Notes: generated by a model not told the origin, from the letters alone. Shown: positions 16,934 to 27,488, numbered from the stretch's first letter. The stretch: DNA of 60,978 bases from Candidatus Dojkabacteria bacterium (GCA_014729085.1 WJKM01000017.1:1-60978); one strand, 5' to 3'. Translations and numbers: made by a program.

Positions 16934-18094
16934 CTAATCCTTCTGCTCAATTTCAACATCCATATTTACCAAACCATCGTGCTTGTCATTTCTTACAACT
17001 TTCAACTTTGCTAAATTGTCCTTCCATACATAATTTTTTCCTTCTTTGTTATGAATAGCTGCTGAAAAATCATAGTGGCCGTGTAAAAACGGATAATCTT
17101 TTATAACAAAGTCAACATAACCTTTTTGTTTAAAATCTATCTTCGTATCTTCAATTAGAGAATTAGTTCCAAATATATAATTTTCCTCATCTTTCCAAAT
17201 AGAAAACCCAATAACTAAATCATCGTCCAAGGCTTCTGGTTTTAACTCATATTTAATTCTGATTTTTACAGGACTGTTATTAACAATAGTATCCTGCTCT
17301 TCACTATCCAAATTGAGAAGATCAACTTCAATTTCCCCGCCTTCTGTAGTCTCTTTTGATTCTTTCCTATCATTTACTACATAATCCTCGACTACAGTGC
17401 GGGATTTTCCTATATTTATTTTTTTACCAAACTTAATATACATGACTCTATCGCAAAACTCTCTTACTGCCCCAAGGTCATGACTTACAAAGAGAATAGT
17501 CTTTCCCTGCTTTTTCAATTCTTTGAATAGGTTGAAACATTTCTGCTGGAAATTTAAATCACCTACAGCTAAAATTTCATCAATTAAATAAACATCGGCT
17601 TCAGCTTGAATTGCAATTGCAAAGGCTAGGCGAACATACATACCAGATGAAAAATTCTTTACTTGAGTATCAACAAATTCTTCAACTTCAGCAAATGCTA
17701 TTATTTCATCGAATTTCTCCTCAATCACTTCTCTTTTCATTCCTAGAATCGAACCATTTAAAAACACATTTTCCCTTGCTGTTAAATCAGGATTAAAACC
17801 AACTCCAAGCTCCAGAAATGGAACCACTTTTCCATTAATTTCAATATTGCCAGAAGTAGGTTCCAGTATGCCAGCCAGCATCTTCAAAAGAGTACTTTTA
17901 CCACTGCCATTTCTTCCAATTATTCCAAAAAATTCTCCTTTCTTAACCTCAAAGGATAAGTCATCGACAGCTCTGAATTTCTTACGATCGATTTTTTTGA
18001 AAGGATTGACAAAATATTCTTTAAAAGTCTGTTTTGGTTTGTGTCCTTTATAAAATTCCTTTGTTAGATTTTCAACTACTACTGCGTTTTGCAT
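16934..18094 (-). CDS. Polysaccharide/teichoic-acid export ABC transporter ATP-binding protein (Wzt/TagH type) with an extra C-terminal domain
   Basis: Walker A GRNGSGKST, signature FSSGMYVRL and Walker B VYLIDE. An additional C-terminal beta-rich region of about 140 aa is present. Confidence 0.92.
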   Translation of the reverse strand: MQNAVVVENLTKEFYKGHKPKQTFKEYFVNPFKKIDRKKFRAVDDLSFEVKKGEFFGIIGRNGSGKSTLLKMLAGILEPTSGNIEINGKVVPFLELGVGFNPDLTARENVFLNGSILGMKREVIEEKFDEIIAFAEVEEFVDTQVKNFSSGMYVRLAFAIAIQAEADVYLIDEILAVGDLNFQQKCFNLFKELKKQGKTILFVSHDLGAVREFCDRVMYIKFGKKINIGKSRTVVEDYVVNDRKESKETTEGGEIEVDLLNLDSEEQDTIVNNSPVKIRIKYELKPEALDDDLVIGFSIWKDEENYIFGTNSLIEDTKIDFKQKGYVDFVIKDYPFLHGHYDFSAAIHNKEGKNYVWKDNLAKLKVVRNDKHDGLVNMDVEIEQKD

Positions 18095-18194
18095 AATGAA
18101 CTAACTTTTTTATTCATACATTTAAAATATACTATCAATTTTATATATACAACATCTTCCTATATAGAAATTCCCAACTCCTATCTCATATCTT

Positions 18195-19001
18195 CTAAAA
18201 ATACTCCGCTACTTTCTTAACCTGTGAATTAAAAAATACTCTCCCAGAAATAATTATCATAAAAGCAAGTATATATAATACGGCTACAAACCAGATGCTT
18301 TCAATATCTCTTCCCCAAATATTTATAGTGGCAATCTTACCATTAATTAAAGCATCTCTTGCAATGTCTATTAACATTCCCACAGGATTTAGGCTTATTA
18401 TCTTCCCAATTTTTCCTCCTATTTGGCCTACCTGATCCCCTACCTCATAAAATATTGGCGTAACCCAAAATAATAATTCAAAAAATAATTCAAAGATGTG
18501 CTGCAAATCTCTTAATCTGATTAATAAAATGGATAAATAAAGACAAAATCCATAAATAAATAATATCGCACCAATAATAACAACAAAAAACCAAAGATAA
18601 CCAACTAAAGACCAATCTACAGGATTAAATAAAGCAAAAACAACGAAAATTAGTAAATTTATTAAGAGATTAATCAATGCCATCGCTACAGAACTCATGA
18701 CTGCAATTTCTCTCGGGAAATTTACCTTTAGAATAATATGTGCCTTATCCAGGAGTCCGTTCATCCCAAATATTATGCCTTCTTTGATAAAGGTAAATAA
18801 TATTATTCCAAGAAGCAACTTTACTTGATAGTTTTCTATATCCTGCCCCCTAAAAGCAGACCATACGGTATATAAAATTACAAATGTTGCAAAGGGTCTT
18901 ATCAAAACCCAAATAAAACCAAGTACAGAATTGTTATATCTAATTTTAAAATTAGTTTTTATCAATTCGATGAGTAAATCCTTGTAATTATTGCTTTTCA
19001 A
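18195..19001 (-). CDS. ABC-2 type polysaccharide export permease (Wzm/TagG type)
   Basis: 268 aa with 6 predicted TM helices and an N-terminal ...FKIRYNNSVLGFIWVLIRP motif typical of ABC-2 permeases. Adjacent to the ATPase gene. Confidence 0.88.
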   Translation of the reverse strand: MKSNNYKDLLIELIKTNFKIRYNNSVLGFIWVLIRPFATFVILYTVWSAFRGQDIENYQVKLLLGIILFTFIKEGIIFGMNGLLDKAHIILKVNFPREIAVMSSVAMALINLLINLLIFVVFALFNPVDWSLVGYLWFFVVIIGAILFIYGFCLYLSILLIRLRDLQHIFELFFELLFWVTPIFYEVGDQVGQIGGKIGKIISLNPVGMLIDIARDALINGKIATINIWGRDIESIWFVAVLYILAFMIIISGRVFFNSQVKKVAEYF

Positions 19002-19254
19002 ATTTGATATTAAATAATTTAACTAGATGTATTATACTTTTTTTTTGAAATAAACTCATATTTAGTAAGATATTATTTTGATTCAGACTATTTGAATTAA
19101 ATGAATTTGAAAACTTTAAGTCATATTTAAGTATTCCTAATTCAATCATTAATATATTTCTATAATTATTCTCTCTTTCGGTACTACTACTCCCAGAATA
19201 ATAAATATCATCTCGTCTTCTATACCCTTTGGTCTAATCTTCATATACAAACCT

Positions 19255-19959
19255 CTAAAGTACTCGTTTTAAAGTAGAATTAAGCCTCCCTTTGTAAAAT
19301 ACTAATCCCCAATCTTTCATCTCATCAATAATAACACTTTCAAGATACGATTTATCTTTATGAACACTTTGATTAATTCTTTCTAAAGTTTTTATACCGT
19401 TTGGTCCAATGCGTGAAATGGTTTTATCTGTTTTTCCAACCAGCCAAAAAATTTCTGTTATTAAGCCAAACATGACTGAATTTGAATATAAGAATGTATT
19501 AAGATCCGTGGGAGAAAAAAAACTATACACCTTACTACCATTTGAAATTTCTTGTTCTGGATGAGTATGGATATTTAATACGGGTTTAATATAGGGCGGT
19601 TTTTCTTTATCAAATCTTGAAATTTTCATTTTCTTTTTTTGAAATATCTTATCATTTAAGTAAATTTGTTTTTCCAATAAGTCATCATTAAGTTGTTTAT
19701 ATTTTAATTTAAATCGTTGATTCGATTTTACATTCTTTGTATTGCCACTCTGCATATCAGTAAATATTAAATCACCATGTACATCAACAATATTTGCCGA
19801 ATATTCCCAACCTTTCTTGCTAGTCTTTCTTTTCATATTTTTTGCAGATTTCCAAATACTTCTTGAGAAACTTATCTGAGGAGGCCAAAACGAAAAAGGA
19901 GGTAAACCTGATTTTGCCTCAAATTCATATATTTTTTCTAGTAATAATTCAAATTTCAA
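19255..19959 (-). CDS. Hypothetical protein with a possible JAB/MPN (JAMM)-like metal site
   Basis: NIHTHPEQEISNGSKVYSFFSPTD resembles HxH...SxxD, but with a longer spacer than canonical. Confidence 0.55.
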   Translation of the reverse strand: MKFELLLEKIYEFEAKSGLPPFSFWPPQISFSRSIWKSAKNMKRKTSKKGWEYSANIVDVHGDLIFTDMQSGNTKNVKSNQRFKLKYKQLNDDLLEKQIYLNDKIFQKKKMKISRFDKEKPPYIKPVLNIHTHPEQEISNGSKVYSFFSPTDLNTFLYSNSVMFGLITEIFWLVGKTDKTISRIGPNGIKTLERINQSVHKDKSYLESVIIDEMKDWGLVFYKGRLNSTLKRVL

Positions 19960-19964
19960 ATCAA

Positions 19965-20948
19965 TTAAATTAAAAATAAATAATTCTTGCCTGGCATCTT
20001 CTTTTTTCCTTGCATCTGTACTTTAGTAAGTTCTAGAGCACCATCTCCAGTTTTAACAAATAATCTTTTTTTATGTTTGAATAACTCACCAATTTGAAAT
20101 TTATTATATCTCTCGGATGCAATTATTGTTTTTATTTCAGCTGGATCCAATAATGATTTGTAGACTTTTAGTACTTTTCCATGGAATTGTTCATTAGAAG
20201 TATTCTGCTCATCCAATTCGAACCAAGCTACGGGCCAAGGATATAAAGCTCTTACCATTCTTTCTATTTCATCTGATGTTTTATTCCAATCGATTTCTGC
20301 ATTCTCCTTAGAAATATCACTAATAAAACAATATGTTGCCTTTGCATGATCTTGTTTTCGAGGTGAAATGTTTCCATCTAACCAGTCTGGTAATATTTCT
20401 TCTAGTAAATTCGCACCTTCTATACTTGCTTTTTTCGTTAATGAGTCTGTCGTATCAGTTTCTTGTATTGGAAATTTCTTAGTTGCGATTATATCTCCTA
20501 CGTCCATTTCTTTTTCCATAACTTGAATCGTAACACCAGTTTCAGAAAATCCTCTCCAAATTGAAATTGGTATTGGAACAGCTCCACGCAGTTTTGGGAG
20601 TAGTGAAACATGAATATTTAAACATTTATATTTTGGATAATTTAATATTTTTTCAGGAATAAATTGACCATATGATGCAACAATAACTAATTCCGGTGTA
20701 GTTTCTGCTAGAATCGTATCAGCAGTTTGTGTTATATTTTCTGGTTGGAAAATTTGAGAAGATTCTTGTTTACTTTTTAGGTACAATTTTACTGGCGGTG
20801 GAGAAATTTTCTGATTTCGACCTACTGGTCTATCAGGTTGCGTAACTACGCCTGCTACATTTATATATTCCAAACTAAATAATTTTTCAATTATTGGGAC
20901 TGCAAATTCAGAAGTTCCAATAAACAATGTATTAATTGTTTTTAACAT
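19965..20948 (-). CDS. fmt: Methionyl-tRNA formyltransferase
   Basis: LFIGTSEFAVP, VVTQPDRPVGR and NIHVSLLPKLRGAVPI motifs, plus a C-terminal Fmt domain. Confidence 0.93.
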   Translation of the reverse strand: MLKTINTLFIGTSEFAVPIIEKLFSLEYINVAGVVTQPDRPVGRNQKISPPPVKLYLKSKQESSQIFQPENITQTADTILAETTPELVIVASYGQFIPEKILNYPKYKCLNIHVSLLPKLRGAVPIPISIWRGFSETGVTIQVMEKEMDVGDIIATKKFPIQETDTTDSLTKKASIEGANLLEEILPDWLDGNISPRKQDHAKATYCFISDISKENAEIDWNKTSDEIERMVRALYPWPVAWFELDEQNTSNEQFHGKVLKVYKSLLDPAEIKTIIASERYNKFQIGELFKHKKRLFVKTGDGALELTKVQMQGKKKMPGKNYLFLI

Positions 20949-21789
20949 TTTTCAAAGTTAATAAAAATACAAAGTATAGTAAACATAACATAATAAATAA
21001 CAAACTAACTATTTGACCATAAGACAAACTCCAGACAATCTTTGGATCTAATCTAAAGAATTCTACAATAAAGCGTATACAGCTATATCCAAAAATATAT
21101 ACCACTGCGAAAAATCCATCTTTTCTCACGCCTCTTTTCTTATAGAAATAATACAAGATAACAAATAGTGTTACATTTCCAATCTGTTCATATAGAAATG
21201 CAGGATGAAAAAATGAAAAATTCTTATACTCCTCTGGTCGATTTTCTGGTCTAATATACATACCCCAAATCAAACTTGTTGGTGGACCAAATATTTCCTG
21301 ATTCACGAAATTTCCAAAACGGCCAATAACTTGTCCTATTGGTAAAAAAACGGCTATCTGCTCAATTGTACCTAAAAAAGGAACATCTTGCTTTCTAGTA
21401 TAAAACCATAATCCAATTAGTCCTCCAATAAGACCGCCAAATATGCCCAAACCACCTTTCCAAATTTGAAACATATCAACCCAGTTGTTACGATACATTT
21501 CAAAATCAGTTATTACATGATAAAGCCTTGCACAAATGATTCCTGGAATTAATGCCCAAATTAATCCTTCCCAAATCTGTTCTTTGTTTATATATTTTGT
21601 ATGTTTTTCTAAGAGTTGGAGTACAGAAATTATCCCCACTCCAATGAAAATACCATATAAACTGAATTCAAGATTCAGTATTTGAAATGATTTTGGAATT
21701 TGAATCTTTCCTTTAATAGCAAAAAGGAAAACTACAATAAACGTAACAGAAAGTAATACGATTAATATTTTCCTTTGTATCTTTTTCAT
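20932..21789 (-). CDS. lgt: Prolipoprotein diacylglyceryl transferase
   Basis: GRFGNFVNQEIFG signature and a polytopic membrane profile. Overlaps fmt by 17 nt. Confidence 0.9.
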   Translation of the reverse strand: MKKIQRKILIVLLSVTFIVVFLFAIKGKIQIPKSFQILNLEFSLYGIFIGVGIISVLQLLEKHTKYINKEQIWEGLIWALIPGIICARLYHVITDFEMYRNNWVDMFQIWKGGLGIFGGLIGGLIGLWFYTRKQDVPFLGTIEQIAVFLPIGQVIGRFGNFVNQEIFGPPTSLIWGMYIRPENRPEEYKNFSFFHPAFLYEQIGNVTLFVILYYFYKKRGVRKDGFFAVVYIFGYSCIRFIVEFFRLDPKIVWSLSYGQIVSLLFIMLCLLYFVFLLTLKNVKNN

Positions 21790-21864
21790 TTGTAAACAGC
21801 ATTATTTAATAATTGATTATAGAGGATAAAACTGGAAAATAAAATTTTGAGCTAATTACAGAAT

Positions 21865-22806
21865 TTATAGATCAGTTGTTATTTTTCTAATAAATTTTTT
21901 CATAGCTGGTACGAAATATTTCTGTGCATCTATTCCTGTTTCCATTACCTCCTCATGAGTGGCCGGATTTGATTTAACAGATGCACCTTGAAGTATTTCT
22001 TCTTTAGAAGGATACAATGGATCTGGTGTATCAATAATGTTGGTAAACAATGCAAATCCTAAATGCTCCACAGGCCTATCAAAACCAAATTGATCGCAAG
22101 GATTTTCATTGCATTGTGTTATGACAGGTGCCTCCATTCCATAGCTCATTCCCTGAACTGTAACAACTTCTTCAATTTGAGGACTTCTCATAATATCTGC
22201 AACACCTTCATACTGGGGTGTGCTCGGAGAAGTAATATACAAGGCTGGATGTAATCGTTCATTATCCATACAATCAGAAAACATACCTACGATTTTAGAT
22301 GAGTATAACTCTTTTTTCCCAGTAAATCTTGGACCAAAACGTTCATCATTCAACCCCATCAAAGGATTACAGCCAATATAATCTGTATGGTCTATTATGA
22401 GTCCAATATCACCTTTTTGAATATTATTATTGTCGTTGTCTATTGCTCCAACCGCACATGAAGTAAGTATTGCATCAACGCCTAAACCTTTCATGACTCT
22501 AAGAGGTAAAGTAGCCCATTTTAATGATCTACTTTGAGGTTCGTCCCAACCAAAAGCTTCATAAGGATGAATCCTACCCTGGAGTAAAACCAGATCCACT
22601 TCATCTAAGCTTGCTAGAATCAAATTACCAGAATGACCTTCGACACTTGTAGAAGGGAAATTGGGAATATTTGAATATGGAATTACCTGGAGTATATCCA
22701 GATCTTCATCTTCTGCAAAGCTACCCAAACCAGAGCCTAATGATAGTGAGATCTTTGGTTTAAATTCATCACCAGCTTCTTTTTGTATATACCTAAGTGC
22801 ATCCAC
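21865..22806 (-). CDS. Purine nucleoside phosphorylase family protein (PNP/MTAP type)
   Basis: SLGSGLGSF, GHSGNLILASL and LLQGRIHPYE motifs. GTG start at 22806, with no upstream in-frame ATG before a stop. Confidence 0.85.
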   Translation of the reverse strand: MDALRYIQKEAGDEFKPKISLSLGSGLGSFAEDEDLDILQVIPYSNIPNFPSTSVEGHSGNLILASLDEVDLVLLQGRIHPYEAFGWDEPQSRSLKWATLPLRVMKGLGVDAILTSCAVGAIDNDNNNIQKGDIGLIIDHTDYIGCNPLMGLNDERFGPRFTGKKELYSSKIVGMFSDCMDNERLHPALYITSPSTPQYEGVADIMRSPQIEEVVTVQGMSYGMEAPVITQCNENPCDQFGFDRPVEHLGFALFTNIIDTPDPLYPSKEEILQGASVKSNPATHEEVMETGIDAQKYFVPAMKKFIRKITTDL

Positions 22807-22914
22807 ACATGACTGATAATACTTCTCTTTGAAATCATCAGCCTCTTTAACTAAAGTTTGTGGATAGGAATTTTGTTCCTTGGAAGGATTATATCATGGA
22901 AACACTAGATCAAT

Positions 22915-23277
22915 TTACCCTGCCGAAGATCCATTAGGGACTTCCTTCTCTGGAACCGCAAGCACAGGGGTGATTTTATTATCGTACCCAATATCAAAAA
23001 GCATTCCTTCAGACTTATGGCCAAACATCTCTTTTGTAGGCAAATTCACTACAAACAATGCTTGAAAACCCTCTATTTCTGATGGATCCTCCCTTTCTTC
23101 CTTCAGTCCTACAATTATAGTTCTTTGATGATCTCCAAAATCAACAATCAATTTAACTAGTTTGTCCGATTCTTCTATATCCACTACTTGCTTTATTTTA
23201 CCTACCCTTACATCTATCTTAGATAAATCCTTATACGATATTGGCTCTTTCACTGGTTTTAGAATGAAGTCAGTCAT
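22915..23277 (-). CDS. tRNA-binding domain protein (CsaA/EMAP-like)
   Basis: KIDVRVGKIKQV...LVKLIVDFGD...TIIVGL is the pattern of the OB-fold tRNA_bind domain. Confidence 0.8.
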   Translation of the reverse strand: MTDFILKPVKEPISYKDLSKIDVRVGKIKQVVDIEESDKLVKLIVDFGDHQRTIIVGLKEEREDPSEIEGFQALFVVNLPTKEMFGHKSEGMLFDIGYDNKITPVLAVPEKEVPNGSSAG

Positions 23278-23391
23278 AGTAAATTGTTAAGTAAAAAATA
23301 GATAATTAGACTTAAATAAAACAAATTGCTAGAATCATAATTAATATATAATGTGCTATGTGTGTTGATTATAATATATTTTTTGTAGGAT

Positions 23392-24852
23392 ATGAGAGCA
23401 TTTTTTAAAAAACATGATAATATTATTTCACTAATATTTGTAATTGTTCTTGCATTAGTTTTACGGATGTTTGTATTACAGACATTCGAATTTTGGTTTG
23501 ACGAGGCCTATACCGGACTTTTAGTCGACAAACCTTGGAATCAATTTTTTTCTGTTCTACGAGAAGATGTACACCCTCCTTTATACTATGTTTTACTTAA
23601 AAGCTGGGTTACCTTATTTGGAAATTCAGTGTTAACTCTAAGATCTTTTTCAGTAATTTTTGGAGTTCTGACAATACCCCTTGTATATATCTTCGTAAAA
23701 AAAATTAAAAATGTTTCCCATAACACAGCACTTCTAGTCAGCTTTATTTTTAGTATAAATCCTTTTTTTATTGAATATTCAGTTGAGGCTCGAACTTATT
23801 CATTGCTCGGCTTCCTTATGATCGCAGCAGCTACCTCCTTCCTATTTGCGATGAATAAGAAAAAACTTGAACTTAACCGTTATTGGATATCTTTTTCATT
23901 ACTTATCTCTCTTGTCTTTTTAACTCACTACTTAGCATCATTTGGTATTTTATGTTTCGGATTATTCTTTTTGTATGTATATAGAAAACAAGTACTCAAA
24001 GCAGTGAATTTCAAGTTTCTATTCGGCGTTTCATTAGTTCCCCTTCTAGCTTTTATATACTGGATACCTAAATTGCTTTATCAATTGAATAAAACAGGTG
24101 GAAACCTAGGTTGGATACCTGAAGCAAATTTCATGGATATTCCTAATACTCTTTATATTTTCTTGTTTGGGGCAAAAGCACATACTTATGGATTACCTCC
24201 AGCCAGACAATCATTACTTGGACAGGATTTACTAACATTTATATTATTTGTATCGACAATAACTCTTTTAACTTATCTGTCAATAAAACTTAAAAAGTTC
24301 TTTTCAAAAGGATTAATCTTGAATCTGGGCTTGGCCTTTATTCCTTTGATTTTAGTAGTAATAATATCCAAATTTGGAATTCATATGTATGTAGAGAGAT
24401 ATCTACTTCCGTATGGAATATTTTATATAATCTTTCTGTTTCTGTCTCTTAGCCTTGTCAACAGGAAAATACTTTACGGTTTTATTATTTGTTATGCAAT
24501 AATTTCAAGCCACATTTTTATCACAAGCTACACAACCAAACAAACAGAATTTAATGATTTAATAAGATATCTCAAAGATAATAATGAACATGAACTAATA
24601 GTAAGTACTTCTCCCCTTGATTTTAATGTAATTAAATATTATCTAAGTTCTAATAATAAACTGTATTTATTAGACGACTCGGAAAATCAAGACTATGCCT
24701 CTTGGAGTATAATTGAAGTAGATGATCTTATAACTTCTAAAGAGGCCGAAAGTAATAACACAATTTATGTTTCTCCCTGTCACGAGGTAATGGAAAACTT
24801 TAAAGTTTTAGAAGAGATTAATGCACAATTTTGTATAGTAAAGGCGTCTTAA
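23392..24852 (+). CDS. ArnT/PMT-like (GT39/GT83-type) membrane glycosyltransferase
   Basis: First-loop FWFDEAYTG...DVHPPLYY motif. About 11 or more TM helices and a C-terminal soluble domain. Confidence 0.82.
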   Translation: MRAFFKKHDNIISLIFVIVLALVLRMFVLQTFEFWFDEAYTGLLVDKPWNQFFSVLREDVHPPLYYVLLKSWVTLFGNSVLTLRSFSVIFGVLTIPLVYIFVKKIKNVSHNTALLVSFIFSINPFFIEYSVEARTYSLLGFLMIAAATSFLFAMNKKKLELNRYWISFSLLISLVFLTHYLASFGILCFGLFFLYVYRKQVLKAVNFKFLFGVSLVPLLAFIYWIPKLLYQLNKTGGNLGWIPEANFMDIPNTLYIFLFGAKAHTYGLPPARQSLLGQDLLTFILFVSTITLLTYLSIKLKKFFSKGLILNLGLAFIPLILVVIISKFGIHMYVERYLLPYGIFYIIFLFLSLSLVNRKILYGFIICYAIISSHIFITSYTTKQTEFNDLIRYLKDNNEHELIVSTSPLDFNVIKYYLSSNNKLYLLDDSENQDYASWSIIEVDDLITSKEAESNNTIYVSPCHEVMENFKVLEEINAQFCIVKAS

Positions 24853-24856
24853 AATT

Positions 24857-25978
24857 CTAAACCTTATATACAAATTTTTTAAGAATAAAATAATTCCAGG
24901 TTAAAATAAATACCAGACTCAGGATCTTAGCTATTTCAGATGCTAGGCTAAAGTAATCAACAAACAAAGTAATAAATATAATTCTAAAACAATAATTGAC
25001 AATAAGTAAGATAACATATCTCAATAACTCTCCTATATTCCATGTATTAGCCTTAAATGACCATAGTTTATGAAGAGTATAATTTGCAGTAACTGAAGAA
25101 ATGTAAGCAACAGTTTCAATGATATGATATAACTTGATACGTGGATTTCCAAAAAAGGAACTTTTTTCTTCAACAAACTGAACCCAGACCACAAATATCA
25201 TGATATCTAAAAGATTGGTGACCACACCAACTATTAAATAGCGGAAAAAGGAACCATAATTCTTCCAGATGGTTTCAAAAAATTTTCGAGAGAATCCTAT
25301 GTATTTTTTCCAAACCCAGAATAATTCCTTAAAAGTTACATAATAGTCCTTCAAACTGATCTTACTTCCTTTTGCAGCGACCCATTTTACTGGCAGTTCC
25401 ATTATTTTAAAGCCTCTTTGATGTAATAAATACAGCAATTCAAAGTCATAACCCCATCTATCTACGCTCAATTCAGAAAAAACCTTAGAAGCCTTATTAT
25501 TAAAAAGCTTAAATCCGCATTGTGTATCGTTAATAGATAGTCCTAAAACGAACTTAATTAAAAAATTTCCAAATTTTCCAAGAACAATTCTCCACAGGGC
25601 GCTATTTTCTTTAGCGCCTTTTACAGCTCTGGATCCAATTACACAATCGTACTCAGTTATATATTGCAAATACTTGTCCAGCTCAGAAATAGGAGTAGAT
25701 AAATCTGCATCACAAATATAGATATAGTCTCCTGCAGCACGATTGACCCCGTATTTCAGAGCACGACCTTTTCCCTTGTTTTCTTCATACCTATAGAAAT
25801 TTACTTTACTAAATTGTCTTACTATTTCCTCTGTATTATCAACAGATCCATCATCTACAACAATAACCTCAAACTCAAAGTCATTATTTATTTCAATATA
25901 TGAAAAGATGGATTTTAAACTAGACTCAATCCTATTTGATTCATTATATACTGGTATTATTATTGATACTTTCTCCAC
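24857..25978 (-). CDS. Polyprenyl-phosphate glycosyltransferase (GT2, DPM1/GtrB-like) fused to a GtrA-like membrane domain
   Basis: VSIIIPVYNE, VVDDGSVDNT and CDADLS motifs. The C-terminal 4-TM region RYLIVGVVTNLLD...LWSF is GtrA-like. Confidence 0.88.
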   Translation of the reverse strand: MEKVSIIIPVYNESNRIESSLKSIFSYIEINNDFEFEVIVVDDGSVDNTEEIVRQFSKVNFYRYEENKGKGRALKYGVNRAAGDYIYICDADLSTPISELDKYLQYITEYDCVIGSRAVKGAKENSALWRIVLGKFGNFLIKFVLGLSINDTQCGFKLFNNKASKVFSELSVDRWGYDFELLYLLHQRGFKIMELPVKWVAAKGSKISLKDYYVTFKELFWVWKKYIGFSRKFFETIWKNYGSFFRYLIVGVVTNLLDIMIFVVWVQFVEEKSSFFGNPRIKLYHIIETVAYISSVTANYTLHKLWSFKANTWNIGELLRYVILLIVNYCFRIIFITLFVDYFSLASEIAKILSLVFILTWNYFILKKFVYKV

Positions 25979-26288
25979 ATTAATTCTATTAAGATATTTA
26001 CAGGAATTATTATATACTAATTCTTCTCTTAATATCGATGTTACAATAATTGAGAATTAATATAAAATCAACGATACTTTCAAGAATAATACACAAAATC
26101 TATTATTTCCCTTACAAAGATATTCTCTCGTTTCCAATAATCTAAATCTTACCTAAAATATCCGTAAATTTATTTCCCACAACAAATGTTGACTAAATTG
26201 TTATCAATAGTATTTTCTTCTCAATCTATTTACAAAAACACACTATGAGGTATATAATCAATAAACTTATTCCTAAATACTATTTACT

Positions 26289-26645
26289 ATGGAAGACGGT
26301 TTCAGAACAGTTAAACCTGAGGATATACAAGCCTTTCTTGGCGATCCTAGGCCAGAGAACACTGCTGTATATCAATGCGAAATGTTAGAAAATGGAGAAT
26401 GCCCATTTCGCCCATATTCTCCGCACTGTGGAAAATGCGAACATTTTCTTCATGATCTAGAAGTATTTACCGGTATGTGGCCTGCAGATACACTTGTAAA
26501 TTGCTCATTATTTTCACACGGAGACTTTATCCCTGGAGGAATGGGTTGTGCATATCCCGATAATGGCGCTCAATTAGTTCAATTGACAGGTTATTGCGAA
26601 AGAGACTATCCCTTAACTCTTCGTAGAACACAACTACCTGAATAA
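26289..26645 (+). CDS. Hypothetical Cys-rich small protein (orphan)
   Basis: 118 aa with 7 Cys, including CEMLENGEC and CGKC. Hand-counted GC is about 42-45%, against about 25-30% in the flanks. Confidence 0.6.
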   Translation: MEDGFRTVKPEDIQAFLGDPRPENTAVYQCEMLENGECPFRPYSPHCGKCEHFLHDLEVFTGMWPADTLVNCSLFSHGDFIPGGMGCAYPDNGAQLVQLTGYCERDYPLTLRRTQLPE

Positions 26646-26758
26646 AAATATTTATTGTTCAATAAGCTAATGTGTTCTTCCAAAACTCAAATTAGATTAT
26701 TACTTCTAATTAAATTAAAGAGTGTTCAAAATAAAAGAGCGTATTTTTAAAGGACGGA

Positions 26759-27160
26759 CTAATGCCTATCTCTTAGCCAGCATGCATCACAACCAAGTTT
26801 TGGACATTGAACTAAAAAATCTATTTCTAAACCCATTTGCCCCAATTTTCTTTTTGTTATTTGTGCCTCCTGTAAAGCTTGTTCTGGAGTCATTGGAGTT
26901 CCAAAGGCATTTGATAATAAAATAGGACCACGAGAAGGAATTTGCGGTAATACATTTTGGGGAGTATCACGCCCACATGGGGATTGCCAACAATTTACAA
27001 CAAGATCTCCCATTTCTGGTGTTATTAAGTGATTCATTATATCTGCATAAACCTCTCCATGATGTCGACCTGTATTTTTTACCGGAGAAAGATCTCTTAA
27101 TCTTCTTCTAGTTTGATCTGCGGTTAGATTTGTTCCAGGTATAATTTTTTCTGTCTCCAT
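26759..27160 (-). CDS. Hypothetical protein (orphan, Cys-containing)
   Basis: 133 aa with NCWQSPCG and CPKLGCDAC motifs. Higher GC than its neighbours. Confidence 0.6.
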   Translation of the reverse strand: METEKIIPGTNLTADQTRRRLRDLSPVKNTGRHHGEVYADIMNHLITPEMGDLVVNCWQSPCGRDTPQNVLPQIPSRGPILLSNAFGTPMTPEQALQEAQITKRKLGQMGLEIDFLVQCPKLGCDACWLRDRH

Positions 27161-27261
27161 TTTACTAAGTGTAAAAACAAATATATGTAGATTTCTAAAT
27201 TTGATTTAAGTTAAAAGTATTACTTTCTTTTCGTTACAAAGTAACTTAAATTTTTACTCCA

Positions 27262-27471
27262 TTAAACTTCATAATTTTCTACTTGGTTAATTGGGAGATT
27301 TAATAAAATACCATCCTCAGTTCTAAATAAAGCACATCCTTTTAGTCTAGACCTATTTTTATAAGTCAGAGTCCCCCCTTGTTCATTTGTAGAATAAGTT
27401 CCCGGACATCCACCACCACTTATCATTGTACCTCCGGGAATTTGTATTTCCTGTCCAATATATAATTCCAT
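27262..27471 (-). CDS. Hypothetical small Gly-rich protein
   Basis: 69 aa. Co-oriented with 26759-27160 and shares the same compositional shift. Confidence 0.5.
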   Translation of the reverse strand: MELYIGQEIQIPGGTMISGGGCPGTYSTNEQGGTLTYKNRSRLKGCALFRTEDGILLNLPINQVENYEV

Positions 27472-27488
27472 GATAAAACTTGTAATGT

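Noticed and set aside
26722-26925. The 67-aa plus-strand ORF
   Set aside because: It overlaps the 3' part of the longer 133-aa minus-strand ORF. Its sequence is hydrophobic and low-complexity, and the minus-strand frame is preferred.
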